Source of the DNA: an uncultured Alphaproteobacteria bacterium
GTDB taxonomy: Bacteria; Pseudomonadota; Alphaproteobacteria; Rhizobiales; Xanthobacteraceae
Direction of reading: 5' to 3'
Length of the DNA stretch: 64,000 bases
NCBI GenBank assembly: GCA_963836055.1
Contig: CAWIID010000005.1
Location: forward strand, 17,042 to 81,041
Notes under the pieces: generated by a model
What the model was told of the DNA's origin: nothing
Databases searched by the model: none
What the model saw: the letters and a program-made list of their open reading frames with translations, nothing else
Shown here: positions 18,619-28,630 of the stretch, piece after piece
How positions within the stretch are numbered: the stretch's first letter is position 1
How the letters are laid out: the number at the start of each line of letters is the position of its first letter
Position numbers and translations under genes: made by a program

Positions 18619-19569
18619 CTATTTTTTGTCCAAGAATGCGCGGATCGCCGCAATCGTCGCCGCCGGTTGCTCCTCCATCAGCCAATGCCCAGAGTTGGGG
18701 ATGACGACGCCGGTCACATCAGCCGCGGCGAAGCGAAGTTCGTCCGCCATTCCGGTACCAAATGATTTGTCGGCGCCAATGGCCAAAACCGGCGTTGTCA
18801 ACTTTCCTTTTGCCACGAACGCCTTGTTGTCGACGGCATCCTGTGTGAATGCCGCGAATTGATTGAAGGCGGAATGCATTGCGCCAGGCCGCGCGTACAG
18901 GGCCGCGTAGTGCTGTCGCGTTGCCTCGTCGATCGATTTGGGATTGGCCGACAATTCATTCCAGAAGCGGTCGAGGTAGATGCGCTCGCGGCCCTTGACC
19001 AGCCGCTCGACGTCAGGCCCGCGAAAATTGAAATGCCACAAAGCCGGACTTCTGATGATCTCGTCCCAATTGCCGATGCCGGGGAGCGGCGCGTCCATCA
19101 CGACCCAGCGTGTCACACGGTCGCGATATTGTGCTGCAAATGCATAACCGACCATGTTGCCGATGTCGTGCGTGACGAAATCGGCCTTTTCGATTTTCAG
19201 CTTATCCAGGACGCGCGCAATGTCGGTCCCTTGGGTTTTCTTGTCATAGCCGCCTTCGGGGTGCGAGGAGAGGCCCATTCCCCGCAAGTCCGGAACAACG
19301 ATCGTATGGTGTTCGGCCATGACGGCCGCCAAAGGCGCCCACATGTCGCCCGTGTCGCCAAATCCATGCAGCATGACCACGGCCGGCCCCTGGCCGCCGA
19401 CTCGAACATGGATCGTCGCGCCGTCGGTCGCGATTTCCTCGGTGCGGAAATTCGCAGGGAATGGCAGCACTGCGGCAGACGCCGGCGCGGAAACAACGGG
19501 CACGGAAAGCGCCACAGAGAAACGGCGAAACGAGCGAGCCTGTGACGTCAGTTCGTGTTGAAATAGCAT
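18619..19569 (-). CDS. alpha/beta hydrolase (epoxide hydrolase / haloacetate dehalogenase-like, Asp nucleophile), secreted
   Basis: It has the HGFGD oxyanion motif, a THDIGN nucleophile elbow, a C-terminal GHWLMEEQP His motif and an N-terminal signal-like segment. Confidence 0.85.
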   Translation of the reverse strand: MLFQHELTSQARSFRRFSVALSVPVVSAPASAAVLPFPANFRTEEIATDGATIHVRVGGQGPAVVMLHGFGDTGDMWAPLAAVMAEHHTIVVPDLRGMGLSSHPEGGYDKKTQGTDIARVLDKLKIEKADFVTHDIGNMVGYAFAAQYRDRVTRWVVMDAPLPGIGNWDEIIRSPALWHFNFRGPDVERLVKGRERIYLDRFWNELSANPKSIDEATRQHYAALYARPGAMHSAFNQFAAFTQDAVDNKAFVAKGKLTTPVLAIGADKSFGTGMADELRFAAADVTGVVIPNSGHWLMEEQPAATIAAIRAFLDKK

Positions 19570-19815
19570 GACATGAACTCCCTGGCCGACACGTTACGAC
19601 AGCGCTCTGCTTGTGATCGTCGATTGGCTCTGCACTCGGTCCGGGGCCCGGGAAGCTGAAGCTGTTGGAGCTTCACTTTTCTTGGGGACCGCATGGATGT
19701 CCATAAGAATGCCCGTTAACACCACATGGTCGAGGCTGGCTGCCTGCCGACCGTCCCAGGATATGCTCGCTGAGCGACGCGACGGCAATAAGCCACTCGC
19801 GGCAGCATGCGGCGA

Positions 19816-20871
19816 TCACCTGCATATCGCCTCGACGTGAGTTTTCCCTCGGTTGGCGACGAGCTTGTGTTCGTAGTCGGCGACAATTTTCTGACCCTTC
19901 GTCGTCAGGTGTTGATCGTCGGCGAAGAGATAGATTTGATCGGCGGAAGGCGACACCAGATGCGACGGCGCCTGCGGATTGGCTGAGCACAGCAGCCCCC
20001 AAGCACTCGTAACACCGTCAGGCTGGGTGCAGGCGACCTTTGTCGTATCGGCAGATTGCAGACCATATGACGCAGGATTTGCCGCGATGGCGCGCCTCAC
20101 AGCGTCATAGTTCGCCGGAATGAATTCGACACGGGCAACCCGCAGTGCCGACCAGAGCGCCTGGCAGTACGATAGGCGCGCCCGCCGTAAAGCTGCTTTT
20201 TCGGCATCGCTGCCCATGGGAAACGAAAAGGCGACGCCGCGAACGACAATCGTACGAGCGCCCGCAGCCTGCAGGCCTGCGATCGCGCTTGCCAGACTGT
20301 TAGCGGCCGTCTTGATGTAGGCAATGGGATCGGATGGCGGGTCGACGCCACTCTTCCCGAGCGCGTACGAAACGTCATTTCCGCCTGAGCTGATCAGATA
20401 AAGCGCGTTGCCGTCGGCATTCCCGCCATTGGCCGCGAGATAGGCGGCAATCTGCGTGACGGTCGGCGTCGCCGCCTTAAAGCCACCCGTTGCCGCGTCG
20501 TTGAGGGTGGCGTTCTTCGCGCCCGAAGTCGCGTAGTTCGATCCGCCCTGATTCGCCGGAACGGCGGTTAATCGGAACGAGGCGGCGAGCGCCTCGGAAC
20601 TCATCAGGCCAGGGCTTGTGGTCGGCTTTCCAGCCCCGTTGGCGACGGCACGCGGCCACAGTGCATTGAAGGATGACCCGCCGCCCGGAGAGTCAAGCGT
20701 CCGGTAGGCGCCACTGTCGATCGTGCTGTCGCCAAAACCAACGAATTTGCTGAAGGTTTGGCTCGCAACGGGGCTCGCTGCGGCCACGAGAAAGGCAGCC
20801 GCCGCAGCCAATCGCGACCTCGCACCCTGGCCTGCCATGCTGCCACTCCGTTCCACGACCCGGAACTCCAA
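19816..20871 (-). CDS. SGNH/GDSL-family lipase/esterase, secreted
   Basis: It has block I FVGFGDSTIDSG, block III SGGND, and a signal peptide (LAAAAAFLVAAASPVASQ). Confidence 0.82.
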   Translation of the reverse strand: MEFRVVERSGSMAGQGARSRLAAAAAFLVAAASPVASQTFSKFVGFGDSTIDSGAYRTLDSPGGGSSFNALWPRAVANGAGKPTTSPGLMSSEALAASFRLTAVPANQGGSNYATSGAKNATLNDAATGGFKAATPTVTQIAAYLAANGGNADGNALYLISSGGNDVSYALGKSGVDPPSDPIAYIKTAANSLASAIAGLQAAGARTIVVRGVAFSFPMGSDAEKAALRRARLSYCQALWSALRVARVEFIPANYDAVRRAIAANPASYGLQSADTTKVACTQPDGVTSAWGLLCSANPQAPSHLVSPSADQIYLFADDQHLTTKGQKIVADYEHKLVANRGKTHVEAICR

Positions 20872-21026
20872 GCCGCGATGCTACATTGCGCCATATCCGA
20901 TGCAATCGGCCGCAGCTCCACGGCGACGACGACGCACGGTCCATAGTCGGGGCGCGGGCGTTCCGTGATAGCTACCTGTGGCAGTGATCGTGCATAGTGC
21001 GATGAAATTCCAATCGAGCAGACGCG

Positions 21027-22310
21027 ATGGATGATCAAACGCCCCTGCCCCAAACCGACCGTCTATCGGAGGATAGAAGATCGATCGGCCGCCTGCTCTG
21101 GTTCTTCGCACTGGTTTATCTCGTCGAGGGCCTCGGGCAAATCGGCGGCCTGATCTCGCAGCCGTTGAACTACTATCTGAAAGAGGTGCAAGGCTGGACG
21201 CCGCTGCAGGTGACGGCCTATGTGACGATTTTTAATCTGCCTTGGATCATCAAACCGGTTTACGGCTTGATTTCCGACTTTCTGCCACTGTTCGGCTACC
21301 GCCGCAAAAGCTACCTCCTCATCGCCAACGCCGCCGCCATCGGCGGATTTTTTTGGGCGACGCAGTTGAGCGTACCGAGTGAACTCGTCCTTGCGCTCAT
21401 GATCACCGCCTACGCGATGGCAATATCGAGTACGCTGTGCGGCGCGGTCCTGGTCGAGAACGGCCAACGGCTCCACGAGAGCGGGACATTCGTCAATCAG
21501 CAATGGCTATGGTTCAACATCGCCGCCACTGGGGCGGCAATCGTCGGCGGACAACTCGTGCAACACTTGTCGCCATCAGCGGCGCTTCACGTTGCGGCCG
21601 GGCTGGTCGGAATCGCGCCGCTCGCCGTGATAGCCGGGACGTTGTTCCTGATCCCCGAGCAAAGAGTCTCGATCAATGTCCAAGGCATGAAAGACACGCT
21701 GCATGGCCTAACCGCCTCGTTCAAGCGGCGCGAACTCTGGATCGTCGCCGGCTTTATTTTTCTCTACTATTTCAGTCCCGGATTGAGCACGCCGCTCTAC
21801 TACGCGATGACTGACAACCTGAAGTTCTCGCAAGCCTATATCGGTATTTTGGGATCCATCACGTCGGCGGGTTGGGTTGTCGGCGCGTTGCTGTATCATC
21901 GGCTCTTTGACGGTCTGACGCTCAAGCAACTTCTCAACGTCAGCATCGCCTTCGGCACGCTGGCGACCGCCGCGTTTCTTCTTCTATCGAATGAAGTTTC
22001 CGCAGCGATCATTTATTTCTGCGCCGGACTTGCAGCGATGCTGGCGACGGTCGCGACGCTCACCTTGGCCGCCGATTATTGCCCGCCACGCGCCGAAGGA
22101 TTCGCTTTCGCTGTGCTGATGTCCATCATCAATTTCGCCACTTCACTGGCCGACAACGTCGGGTCGTTTCTGTACACGCATGTATTCGAAAGCAACCTCA
22201 CGCCGCTCATCCTGGTCTCGGCAGCGTTCACCGCGGTCGCATTCGTGCTGGTGCCGCTCTTGCGCCTCGGCGACAAGCGGCAGGGCCAGCCACTCGAGGT
22301 CGCCGCCTGA
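21027..22310 (+). CDS. folate/biopterin transporter (BT1) family MFS protein
   Basis: It has the BT1-type motif NLPWIIKPVYGLISDFLPLFGYRRKSYL and 12 predicted TM segments. Confidence 0.8.
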   Translation: MDDQTPLPQTDRLSEDRRSIGRLLWFFALVYLVEGLGQIGGLISQPLNYYLKEVQGWTPLQVTAYVTIFNLPWIIKPVYGLISDFLPLFGYRRKSYLLIANAAAIGGFFWATQLSVPSELVLALMITAYAMAISSTLCGAVLVENGQRLHESGTFVNQQWLWFNIAATGAAIVGGQLVQHLSPSAALHVAAGLVGIAPLAVIAGTLFLIPEQRVSINVQGMKDTLHGLTASFKRRELWIVAGFIFLYYFSPGLSTPLYYAMTDNLKFSQAYIGILGSITSAGWVVGALLYHRLFDGLTLKQLLNVSIAFGTLATAAFLLLSNEVSAAIIYFCAGLAAMLATVATLTLAADYCPPRAEGFAFAVLMSIINFATSLADNVGSFLYTHVFESNLTPLILVSAAFTAVAFVLVPLLRLGDKRQGQPLEVAA

Positions 22311-22537
22311 ATATCCGCTCGATTGTCGGCGCTTGGAATCAAGGCGCCCGATTCTGCGCATTCCAATTCCGCTCAAGATTGGCGATCAGCGCCGGACTGA
22401 AATGGCAATAAGCTTGCTCACGCGCATAGACCGCCATGTAGCGCCGGAACGTATCGAGCGGCTCCTGGCTGACACGGATGGCACGCCGATTGCCGGCGGC
22501 GCTGACGACGCCGGAACTCGTGAAGCCGTCAACAACC

Positions 22538-23779
22538 TTATCGAGCGCCGCATCGAGCGCCAGCCGGCGGCACCACTTCGTCGCAGATCAGCCGGCCCTC
22601 CGGCGTGTCACAGTCGAGGCGCCGCCCATAAAGGATCGCCTGGCGCGCGATGCGGTCGCCGGTGAAGCGCCACAGCCGCAGATTGGCAGCACCCGGAATG
22701 ATGCCTTCCTTACGCGCCGGCAGCGTCATGTAGGCGTCGTTCGCCGCCAAGACGTAATCGACCGCCAGCAGCAGCTGGCAGCCGCCGCCGATCGCAAATC
22801 CGTCGACCGCCGCGATCCACGGCTTTTCGATCGTTCCACCGGCAAGTTCATCGGGGTCGGCGTCCGGTCGGGCGAGGCCGCGAAACAGCTTGTTCACGAA
22901 GCCCATGTCGCGCTTGATGTACCAGACGTACGAAATTCTGCCGTGATAGAGGTGCGTCAGGTTGATGCCGGCCGAGAACAGGCGCTTACCGCGATACTTG
23001 CTGTGCTCGACAGTGTCGCCACGCAAAATCGCGATGTCGGTTGCGGGATCGAGCACAGCGAGATCGGCCGCGATTTCGAGGCCATCAAGCGTGCCCTCGT
23101 CCTCAGCGTTGAGAAAGCGCGGATTGCGCATGGTGACGAGCGCGGCCTTGCCGCGCCGTTCGAGCGTCGCGCCTTCGAGCGCCAGTTTTCCATCCGCCTC
23201 GAAGCGGCGCTTCTCCTCGAGCGTGCGCGGATGCGGCAGCAACATGGCGTGGCAAAGATGCGCGCCACACCGCTCGTGGGCGAGGACCTGCGAGAGAAAG
23301 AGGCCCTGGTCGATCTCGGCGCCATCCTTGTGCTGTTGCCGCAAGGCATTCTCTTGCACAAGGCGGGCGTCGTCCGGCACCAAGCCCGGCAAGACCGCCG
23401 CAGCGTCGCGCACGAGATTTTCAACGCGTTTAAATCTTGCAAAATCATCGGTGAGACGGCGATAGACGGTCTCCACATGCCGTTGCAGAAACGTCGTGCG
23501 CGCCGCTCTGTCGCGCTTCAAAATCGCCGACGCTGCTCTGGCTTCGGCCTCCGAACGCGACGCCTTCGGCGGCAGCAGCGACAGCATCTCCGCGCCGATC
23601 CGCCAGCGTTGCGCAAAAGTCTCGGCGTCTCGGCGATAATCACCGCTGAGGGCGTCGCTGCCCGCAAGCCACGCGGAAAGAGCCTCGTGCGGCAAACCTG
23701 CATTCGCAAGCGTATCCCCGTCGATCTGGCCTTCGTCGGCGATGCCCACCGCGACATCCATGGTCGAACTCCCCGGCAT
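22538..23779 (-). CDS. crotonase-superfamily protein, DpgC-like (cofactor-independent acyl-CoA dioxygenase-like)
   Basis: 413 aa, longer than a simple enoyl-CoA hydratase. It has FSAGINL...ISYVWYIKRDMGFVNKL...WIAAVDGFAIGGGCQLLLAVDYVLAANDAYMTLPARKEGIIPG. Its start abuts the stop of the upstream ligase (TAA-ATG). Confidence 0.65.
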   Translation of the reverse strand: MPGSSTMDVAVGIADEGQIDGDTLANAGLPHEALSAWLAGSDALSGDYRRDAETFAQRWRIGAEMLSLLPPKASRSEAEARAASAILKRDRAARTTFLQRHVETVYRRLTDDFARFKRVENLVRDAAAVLPGLVPDDARLVQENALRQQHKDGAEIDQGLFLSQVLAHERCGAHLCHAMLLPHPRTLEEKRRFEADGKLALEGATLERRGKAALVTMRNPRFLNAEDEGTLDGLEIAADLAVLDPATDIAILRGDTVEHSKYRGKRLFSAGINLTHLYHGRISYVWYIKRDMGFVNKLFRGLARPDADPDELAGGTIEKPWIAAVDGFAIGGGCQLLLAVDYVLAANDAYMTLPARKEGIIPGAANLRLWRFTGDRIARQAILYGRRLDCDTPEGRLICDEVVPPAGARCGAR

Positions 23780-25000
23780 TTAAGCGCGCGGCCGTTTGTC
23801 GATGACGCGCTTGGCCTTGCCTTGCGAGCGCTCGATCGTGCCCGGCGCAACCGCTCGCACCGTGGTCGTCACGCCGACATGGGCCTTGATCAGATGCACC
23901 GCGCGGTTTGCCAGCGCCGCCGATGCGTCGGACCCAAGCATGGCGCGCGTCTCAACAATCACTTCAAGCTCGTCGAGCCGATCGGGCCGCGTAACTTCCA
24001 GAATATAGTGCGGTGCGAACAGTTCTTCCGTCGCGAGAGCGGCTTCGATCTGGCTCGGAAAAACATTCACGCCGCGAATAATCAGCATATCGTCGCTGCG
24101 GCCCTTGATGCGCTCGATGCGGCGCATGGCGCGTCCGGTACCGGGAAGAAGCCGGGTCAGATCGCGGGTGCGATAGCGAATGACCGGCATCGCTTCCTTC
24201 GTGAGCGACGTCAGCACCAGTTCGCCCTCCTCGCCGTCGGGCAGAACCTTTCCGGTTTCCGGATCGACGATCTCAGGGAAGAAATGATCCTCCCAGATGG
24301 TCAGCCCATCTTTGGTCTCGGCATATTCCTGGCCAACGCCGGGTCCGATCACCTCCGAGAGACCGTAAACATTGACGGCATCGAGACCCATGCGGCGCTC
24401 GATCTCGGCGCGCATCGCCTCCGTCCACGGTTCCGCGCCGCATAGCGCAATTCGCAACCCGCACTTGCGCGCGTCAATGCCTTGCCGGTCAAACTCGTCG
24501 GCGATCGCGAGCAGGTAAGACGGGGTCACCGCAATGATGTCGGGCTTAAAGTCACAGATGAGTTGGACTTGGCGCTCCGTAAAGCCGCCGCTCACAGGAA
24601 TGACCGTACAACCGAGGTACTCGGCGCCGTAGTGCAGGCCGAGGCCGCCGGTGAACAGGCCATAACCGTAGGCGACGTGCATTTTGTCGCCGGGCTTGCC
24701 GCCGGCGGCGCGGATCGAACGGGCCATCAACATGGCCCAGGTTTCGATGTCGCCGCGCGTATAACCGACGACAGTCGGCTTGCCGGTGGTCCCGCTTGAC
24801 GCGTGCACCCGCACAATCTCGTTCATCGGCACGGCGAACATGCCGAACGGATAGTTCTGGCGCAGATCCTCCTTGGTGGTGAAAGGAAATCGCGCGAGGT
24901 CGTCGAGCGTTTTGAGATCGCCGGGCTTGATTCCGGCGACGGCAAATTTTCTCTGGAAATGCGGAACCTGCCGATCCGCGCGTGAAACGGCGTCTTGCAA
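23780..25000 (-). CDS. phenylacetate-CoA ligase family protein (PaaK-like); N-terminus extends upstream of the listed start
   Basis: It has PaaK motifs (FPFTTKEDLRQNYPFGMFAVP, VHASSGTTGKPTVVGYT). Homology (APDPIETAGIDELRALQLTRL) continues upstream to about 25063 with no in-frame start. An SD-preceded ATG at 25106 is in another frame, implying a 1-nt indel within 25053-25102 or a non-canonical start. Confidence 0.85.
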   Translation of the reverse strand: MQDAVSRADRQVPHFQRKFAVAGIKPGDLKTLDDLARFPFTTKEDLRQNYPFGMFAVPMNEIVRVHASSGTTGKPTVVGYTRGDIETWAMLMARSIRAAGGKPGDKMHVAYGYGLFTGGLGLHYGAEYLGCTVIPVSGGFTERQVQLICDFKPDIIAVTPSYLLAIADEFDRQGIDARKCGLRIALCGAEPWTEAMRAEIERRMGLDAVNVYGLSEVIGPGVGQEYAETKDGLTIWEDHFFPEIVDPETGKVLPDGEEGELVLTSLTKEAMPVIRYRTRDLTRLLPGTGRAMRRIERIKGRSDDMLIIRGVNVFPSQIEAALATEELFAPHYILEVTRPDRLDELEVIVETRAMLGSDASAALANRAVHLIKAHVGVTTTVRAVAPGTIERSQGKAKRVIDKRPRA

Positions 25001-25254
25001 TCGCGTAAGCTGGAGGGCGCGAAGTTCGTCGATGCCGGCCGTCTCGATGGGATCAGGCGCGATCGCGCGGTGGCGGCGCGCGCACGTCTCGCCGATGCTC
25101 GTTCATCGCGTTGCCTCCCCTCGCCTGTCACGGGGTCATCTTGTTATTTTCGGATCGGCAGCATGCCTCGAACCGGAGGCGAAGGAAATCACTTTGGCGG
25201 AGCCGTTCATGACAGCGCCTGCCGTTCAAGAGAAACGTCTGCCGTCCGGCCAGC

Positions 25255-26583
25255 TCAGTTTTGGAAGAATCGGTTGGTCGGCCGCGGCAAGCCGAGGTTT
25301 TCGCGCAGCGTTTTTCCCTCGTATTCACGCCGGAACAGACCGCGCCGCTGCAACTCAGGAATGACGCGATCGACAAAGTCATCGAGTCCGCCAGGCAAGT
25401 ACGGAAACATCAACGTAAAGCCGTCGGAGCCCTCGGCGGTCAGCCATTCCTCCATCTCGTCGGCGATCGTCTTGGGTGTGCCGACCATGGCGAGGCCGGA
25501 ATAACCGCCGAGCCGTTGCGCCAGCTGCCGCACCGTCAAATTCTCACGCTTGGCGAGCGCAATCGCGCGTTCCCTGCCGCTCTTCGAGGCGTTGCTCTCT
25601 GGGATTTCCGGCAACGGCCCATCCGGATCGAATTTCGAGGCGTCATGGCCGAGCGCAATCGACAGCGACGCGATGGCGTTGGCGTAATTGACGAGACTGT
25701 CGAGTTTCTGCCGTTTCGCCTTCGCCTCCTCCACCGTATCGCCGACCACGACAAAGCAAGCGGGCAGGATTTTCATGTGGTCGCGCGAACGGCCGAGCTT
25801 CTCCATTCGGCCTTTGACGTCGGCGTAGAACTGCCGGCCGGCAGCGAGATCGCTCTGCGCTGTGAACACGGCCTCCGCCGTCTCAGCGGCCAACTGGCGG
25901 CCGGCTTCCGAAGCGCCGGCCTGCACGATCACCGGCCAACCCTGGATCGGCCGTGCGATGTTAAGCGGGCCTCGCACCGACAAATATTTGCCCTTGTGAT
26001 CCAGCGTATGCAATTTCGTTGGATCGAAGAAAACGCCGTTCTCGACGTCACGGATGAAGGCATCGTCCGCCCAGCTATCCCACAGCCCGGTTACCACATC
26101 ATAGAACTCGCGCGCGCGACGATAGCGTTCGCCGTGCTCCCAATGCTCTTCGAGCCCGAAGTTCAGCGCGGCGTCCGGATTGGAGGTGGTGACGATATTC
26201 CACCCGGCGCGGCCGCCGCTCAAATGATCGAGCGAAGCAAAACGCCGTGCGATGTGATACGGCGCGTCGAATGTGGTGGAGCCGGTCGCGACGAGCCCGA
26301 TATGGTCGGTCACCTGTGACAAGGCTGACAACAGCGTGAACGGCTCGAACGACGTCACCGTGTGACTGCGCTTGAGTGCGTCGATCGGCATATTGAGCAC
26401 GGCCATGTGGTCGGCCATGAAGAATGCGTCGAATTTCGCCCGTTCCAGGGTTTGGATGGCACGCTTGAGGTGCGCGAGGTTGAAATTCATATCCGGCCAG
26501 GCACCGGGATAACGCCACGCACCGGTATGGATACTCGCCGGCCGCATAAATGCGCCGAGGCGAAGTTGGCGTGCGGAACTCAT
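25255..26583 (-). CDS. LLM-class flavin-dependent monooxygenase (NtaA/SnaA/DszA family)
   Basis: It starts MSSARQLRLGAFM...HTGAWRYPGA and contains DHLSGGRAGWNIVTS, which is typical of the family. Confidence 0.88.
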   Translation of the reverse strand: MSSARQLRLGAFMRPASIHTGAWRYPGAWPDMNFNLAHLKRAIQTLERAKFDAFFMADHMAVLNMPIDALKRSHTVTSFEPFTLLSALSQVTDHIGLVATGSTTFDAPYHIARRFASLDHLSGGRAGWNIVTTSNPDAALNFGLEEHWEHGERYRRAREFYDVVTGLWDSWADDAFIRDVENGVFFDPTKLHTLDHKGKYLSVRGPLNIARPIQGWPVIVQAGASEAGRQLAAETAEAVFTAQSDLAAGRQFYADVKGRMEKLGRSRDHMKILPACFVVVGDTVEEAKAKRQKLDSLVNYANAIASLSIALGHDASKFDPDGPLPEIPESNASKSGRERAIALAKRENLTVRQLAQRLGGYSGLAMVGTPKTIADEMEEWLTAEGSDGFTLMFPYLPGGLDDFVDRVIPELQRRGLFRREYEGKTLRENLGLPRPTNRFFQN

Positions 26584-26662
26584 GTAATGATCCCCTCTTC
26601 GCGCCCGGTGTTCAGCGCTGGCGGCAATCCGCGGCATGCAGCCCCGCGGTCGCGCACCTCAG

Positions 26663-27022
26663 CTACTTGCGCTTCGATCGCAATTTGCGAGCGGCATAGC
26701 GGGTGTCCCTCGCGGCCTTCCGTTCGGCTTCCAACGCACGTTCACGCTCAGCGCGTTCGGCCTCGGCGCGCTCAGCCTGTATGGCGGCGTCGCGCTTCGC
26801 CTGCTCCGCCCGCTCGGCATCACGTGCTTTTTTCTCAGCCTTCTCGATCTCGCGGAGGTTTCTGAGGGCTTGACGCTCGGCGGCTTGTGCGGTTCGCGCT
26901 GCCAACCGTTCCGCGAGTTCCGGGTCCGCGGCCTGCGCGCGAAACTTTTCAAGAGCCTCCTTCTTAGCCTTGGCGGCGGCCTCTTGGCGTTCGGCGAAAT
27001 CCGGATTCTTAAAGCCAGGCAT
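26663..27022 (-). CDS. DUF6481-like highly charged protein
   Basis: MPGFKNPDFAERQEAAAKAKKEALEKFRA..., a Glu/Arg/Ala/Lys coiled region ending in a basic tail. Confidence 0.6.
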   Translation of the reverse strand: MPGFKNPDFAERQEAAAKAKKEALEKFRAQAADPELAERLAARTAQAAERQALRNLREIEKAEKKARDAERAEQAKRDAAIQAERAEAERAERERALEAERKAARDTRYAARKLRSKRK

Positions 27023-27135
27023 ATATTTCGGATCCTACGATATTTTGCTTTTGATGGTCCGCTGCGGATCGGCGAGCTAAGCGCCCACAAACTCCAATCA
27101 ACGAAATCCGCCAAAAGACTCCATGAACAATGTTT

Positions 27136-27336
27136 TCAACGCACACGCCAGCCGACGACCGTCGCTTCGATGGGGCTGCTTGTCTCCACGCTTTGCCAAA
27201 CGCCGCCACTCCATCGACAGAGAAAGGGAATGACGTACGTACCGACGTGATCCTCGCAAAGGAGCTCAAGTGGCTGGTCGCTCGGCGGCACACCATCGTG
27301 AGTGAATGCATCAATTCGCTGTTGACGTGTTGCCAT
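27136..27336 (-). CDS. small conserved hypothetical protein
   Basis: MATRQQRIDAFTHDGVPPSDQPLELLCEDHVGTYVIPFLCRWSGGVWQSVETSSPIEATVVGWRVR. It shows the LELLCEDH.GTY..PF.CRW pattern seen in small rhizobial proteins (from memory, not searched). Confidence 0.5.
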   Translation of the reverse strand: MATRQQRIDAFTHDGVPPSDQPLELLCEDHVGTYVIPFLCRWSGGVWQSVETSSPIEATVVGWRVR

Positions 27337-27437
27337 GCAATCGTGATCGTCCGGGTCGCTTTGATCGCAGCGCTGTGATGGCACTGTATTGTGCCTATAT
27401 AGCGCCAATAAGTCCGAAATCAACCAGCGAGGATCGC

Positions 27438-27614
27438 ATGGCATTCAAGCCGAATTACGGGAGAGATCGAGCCGAACGGGCGAGAGCGGCACGCGCGCAC
27501 AGCGAAGAGAAGCAGCGCAAGAAGGACGAAAAGACTGCGCTGCGCAAGGCCAGGCGCGCTGAATCCGAGCACCCACCGGAAACCGAGGCCTCGTCGGACG
27601 ACAAGCAAAGCTGA
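27438..27614 (+). CDS. small basic hypothetical protein
   Basis: MAFKPNYGRDRAERARAARAHSEEKQRKKDEKTALRKARRAESEHPPETEASSDDKQS. Confidence 0.4.
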   Translation: MAFKPNYGRDRAERARAARAHSEEKQRKKDEKTALRKARRAESEHPPETEASSDDKQS

Positions 27615-27776
27615 AGCAAACGAGGAAGGTTCTTTGGCGCGCCTTGCTTCGTTCGTCCCGCACTGGAATGATTCTAGTTGTCATGTGGTCGGCGCCTGAA
27701 ACGATCCACTTGCAAAGCGCGTCGCCAAGCGCAAGCGTGTCCGGCAAGACAGAAGAAAACATTGGAGCGCTTCTAA

Positions 27777-28589
27777 ATGTCCAGCCCTGCCCCCGTCACA
27801 ACCCGTGAGGCCGACGCGCCATCCGCGGACCCGCGCACGCCGCGCCGAGTGCGCCACGAGCCACGCCGCCGCACGCTGACGATCAAGCAAGTCGAAAAGA
27901 TCGCAGCGCACATGATCCGCGTGACGCTGACCGGCGATCTTAATGACTTCACCAGCCTCGGTTTTGATGATCACGTTAAACTGTTTTTTCCAGACGGCAC
28001 GATGGACGCCGACGGCGCGCCCAACGTGCTGAGTCGCGATTTCACGCCGCGCCGCTACGATCGCGCCGCCAGCACCCTCGAGATCGATTTCGCCATCCAC
28101 GATGCCGGGCCGGCGACGCGCTGGGCCGCCCAGGCTGAGCTCGGTCAGACGCTGACCCTCGGCGGACCGCGCGGCTCCTTTATCATCCCGAACACCTACG
28201 ACTGGCATCTTCTGATCGGCGATGAAACCGCGCTCCCCGCCATATCGCGCCGGCTCGCCGAACTGCCGCCCGGCACGCGCACGGTTGTGCTGGCCGAGGT
28301 CGACGGACCAGAAGACGAACTCGAATTCGAGACGAAAACGAACGCGACCGTCACATGGGCGTACCGTGACGGCGCCGCGGCCGGCGCCAACGATGTGCTG
28401 GCAAAGGCTCTGGCAACGCTGAAACTTCCGGCGGGCGATTACTATGCCTGGGTCGCGTGCGAGTCGCTCACCGCTAAGGCGCTTCGCAGTCAACTGATCG
28501 CTGCTCATGGCGCCAATCCCAAATGGATGCGCGCCGCGGGCTATTGGCGTCGCGGCGCGGTCGCTGTGCACGACGTGCACCAAGACTGA
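27777..28589 (+). CDS. siderophore-interacting protein (FAD_binding_9 / SIP ferric reductase family)
   Basis: It has an FAD-binding barrel (RRRTLTIKQVEKIAAHMIRVTLTGD...RDFTPRRYD) and a C-terminal SIP NAD-binding half (HLLIGDETALPAISRRL...YYAWVACES). Confidence 0.85.
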   Translation: MSSPAPVTTREADAPSADPRTPRRVRHEPRRRTLTIKQVEKIAAHMIRVTLTGDLNDFTSLGFDDHVKLFFPDGTMDADGAPNVLSRDFTPRRYDRAASTLEIDFAIHDAGPATRWAAQAELGQTLTLGGPRGSFIIPNTYDWHLLIGDETALPAISRRLAELPPGTRTVVLAEVDGPEDELEFETKTNATVTWAYRDGAAAGANDVLAKALATLKLPAGDYYAWVACESLTAKALRSQLIAAHGANPKWMRAAGYWRRGAVAVHDVHQD

Positions 28590-28630
28590 TCTGGGGGCGA
28601 TGGGTCGCATTCCTGCGGAAGAGGAACACC

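Noticed and set aside
22478-24445. 655-aa plus-strand ORF, the longest in this region
   Set aside because: It is antisense to the DpgC-like and PaaK-like genes, which both carry clear family motifs. Its composition is dominated by R, A and G with no recognisable domain.
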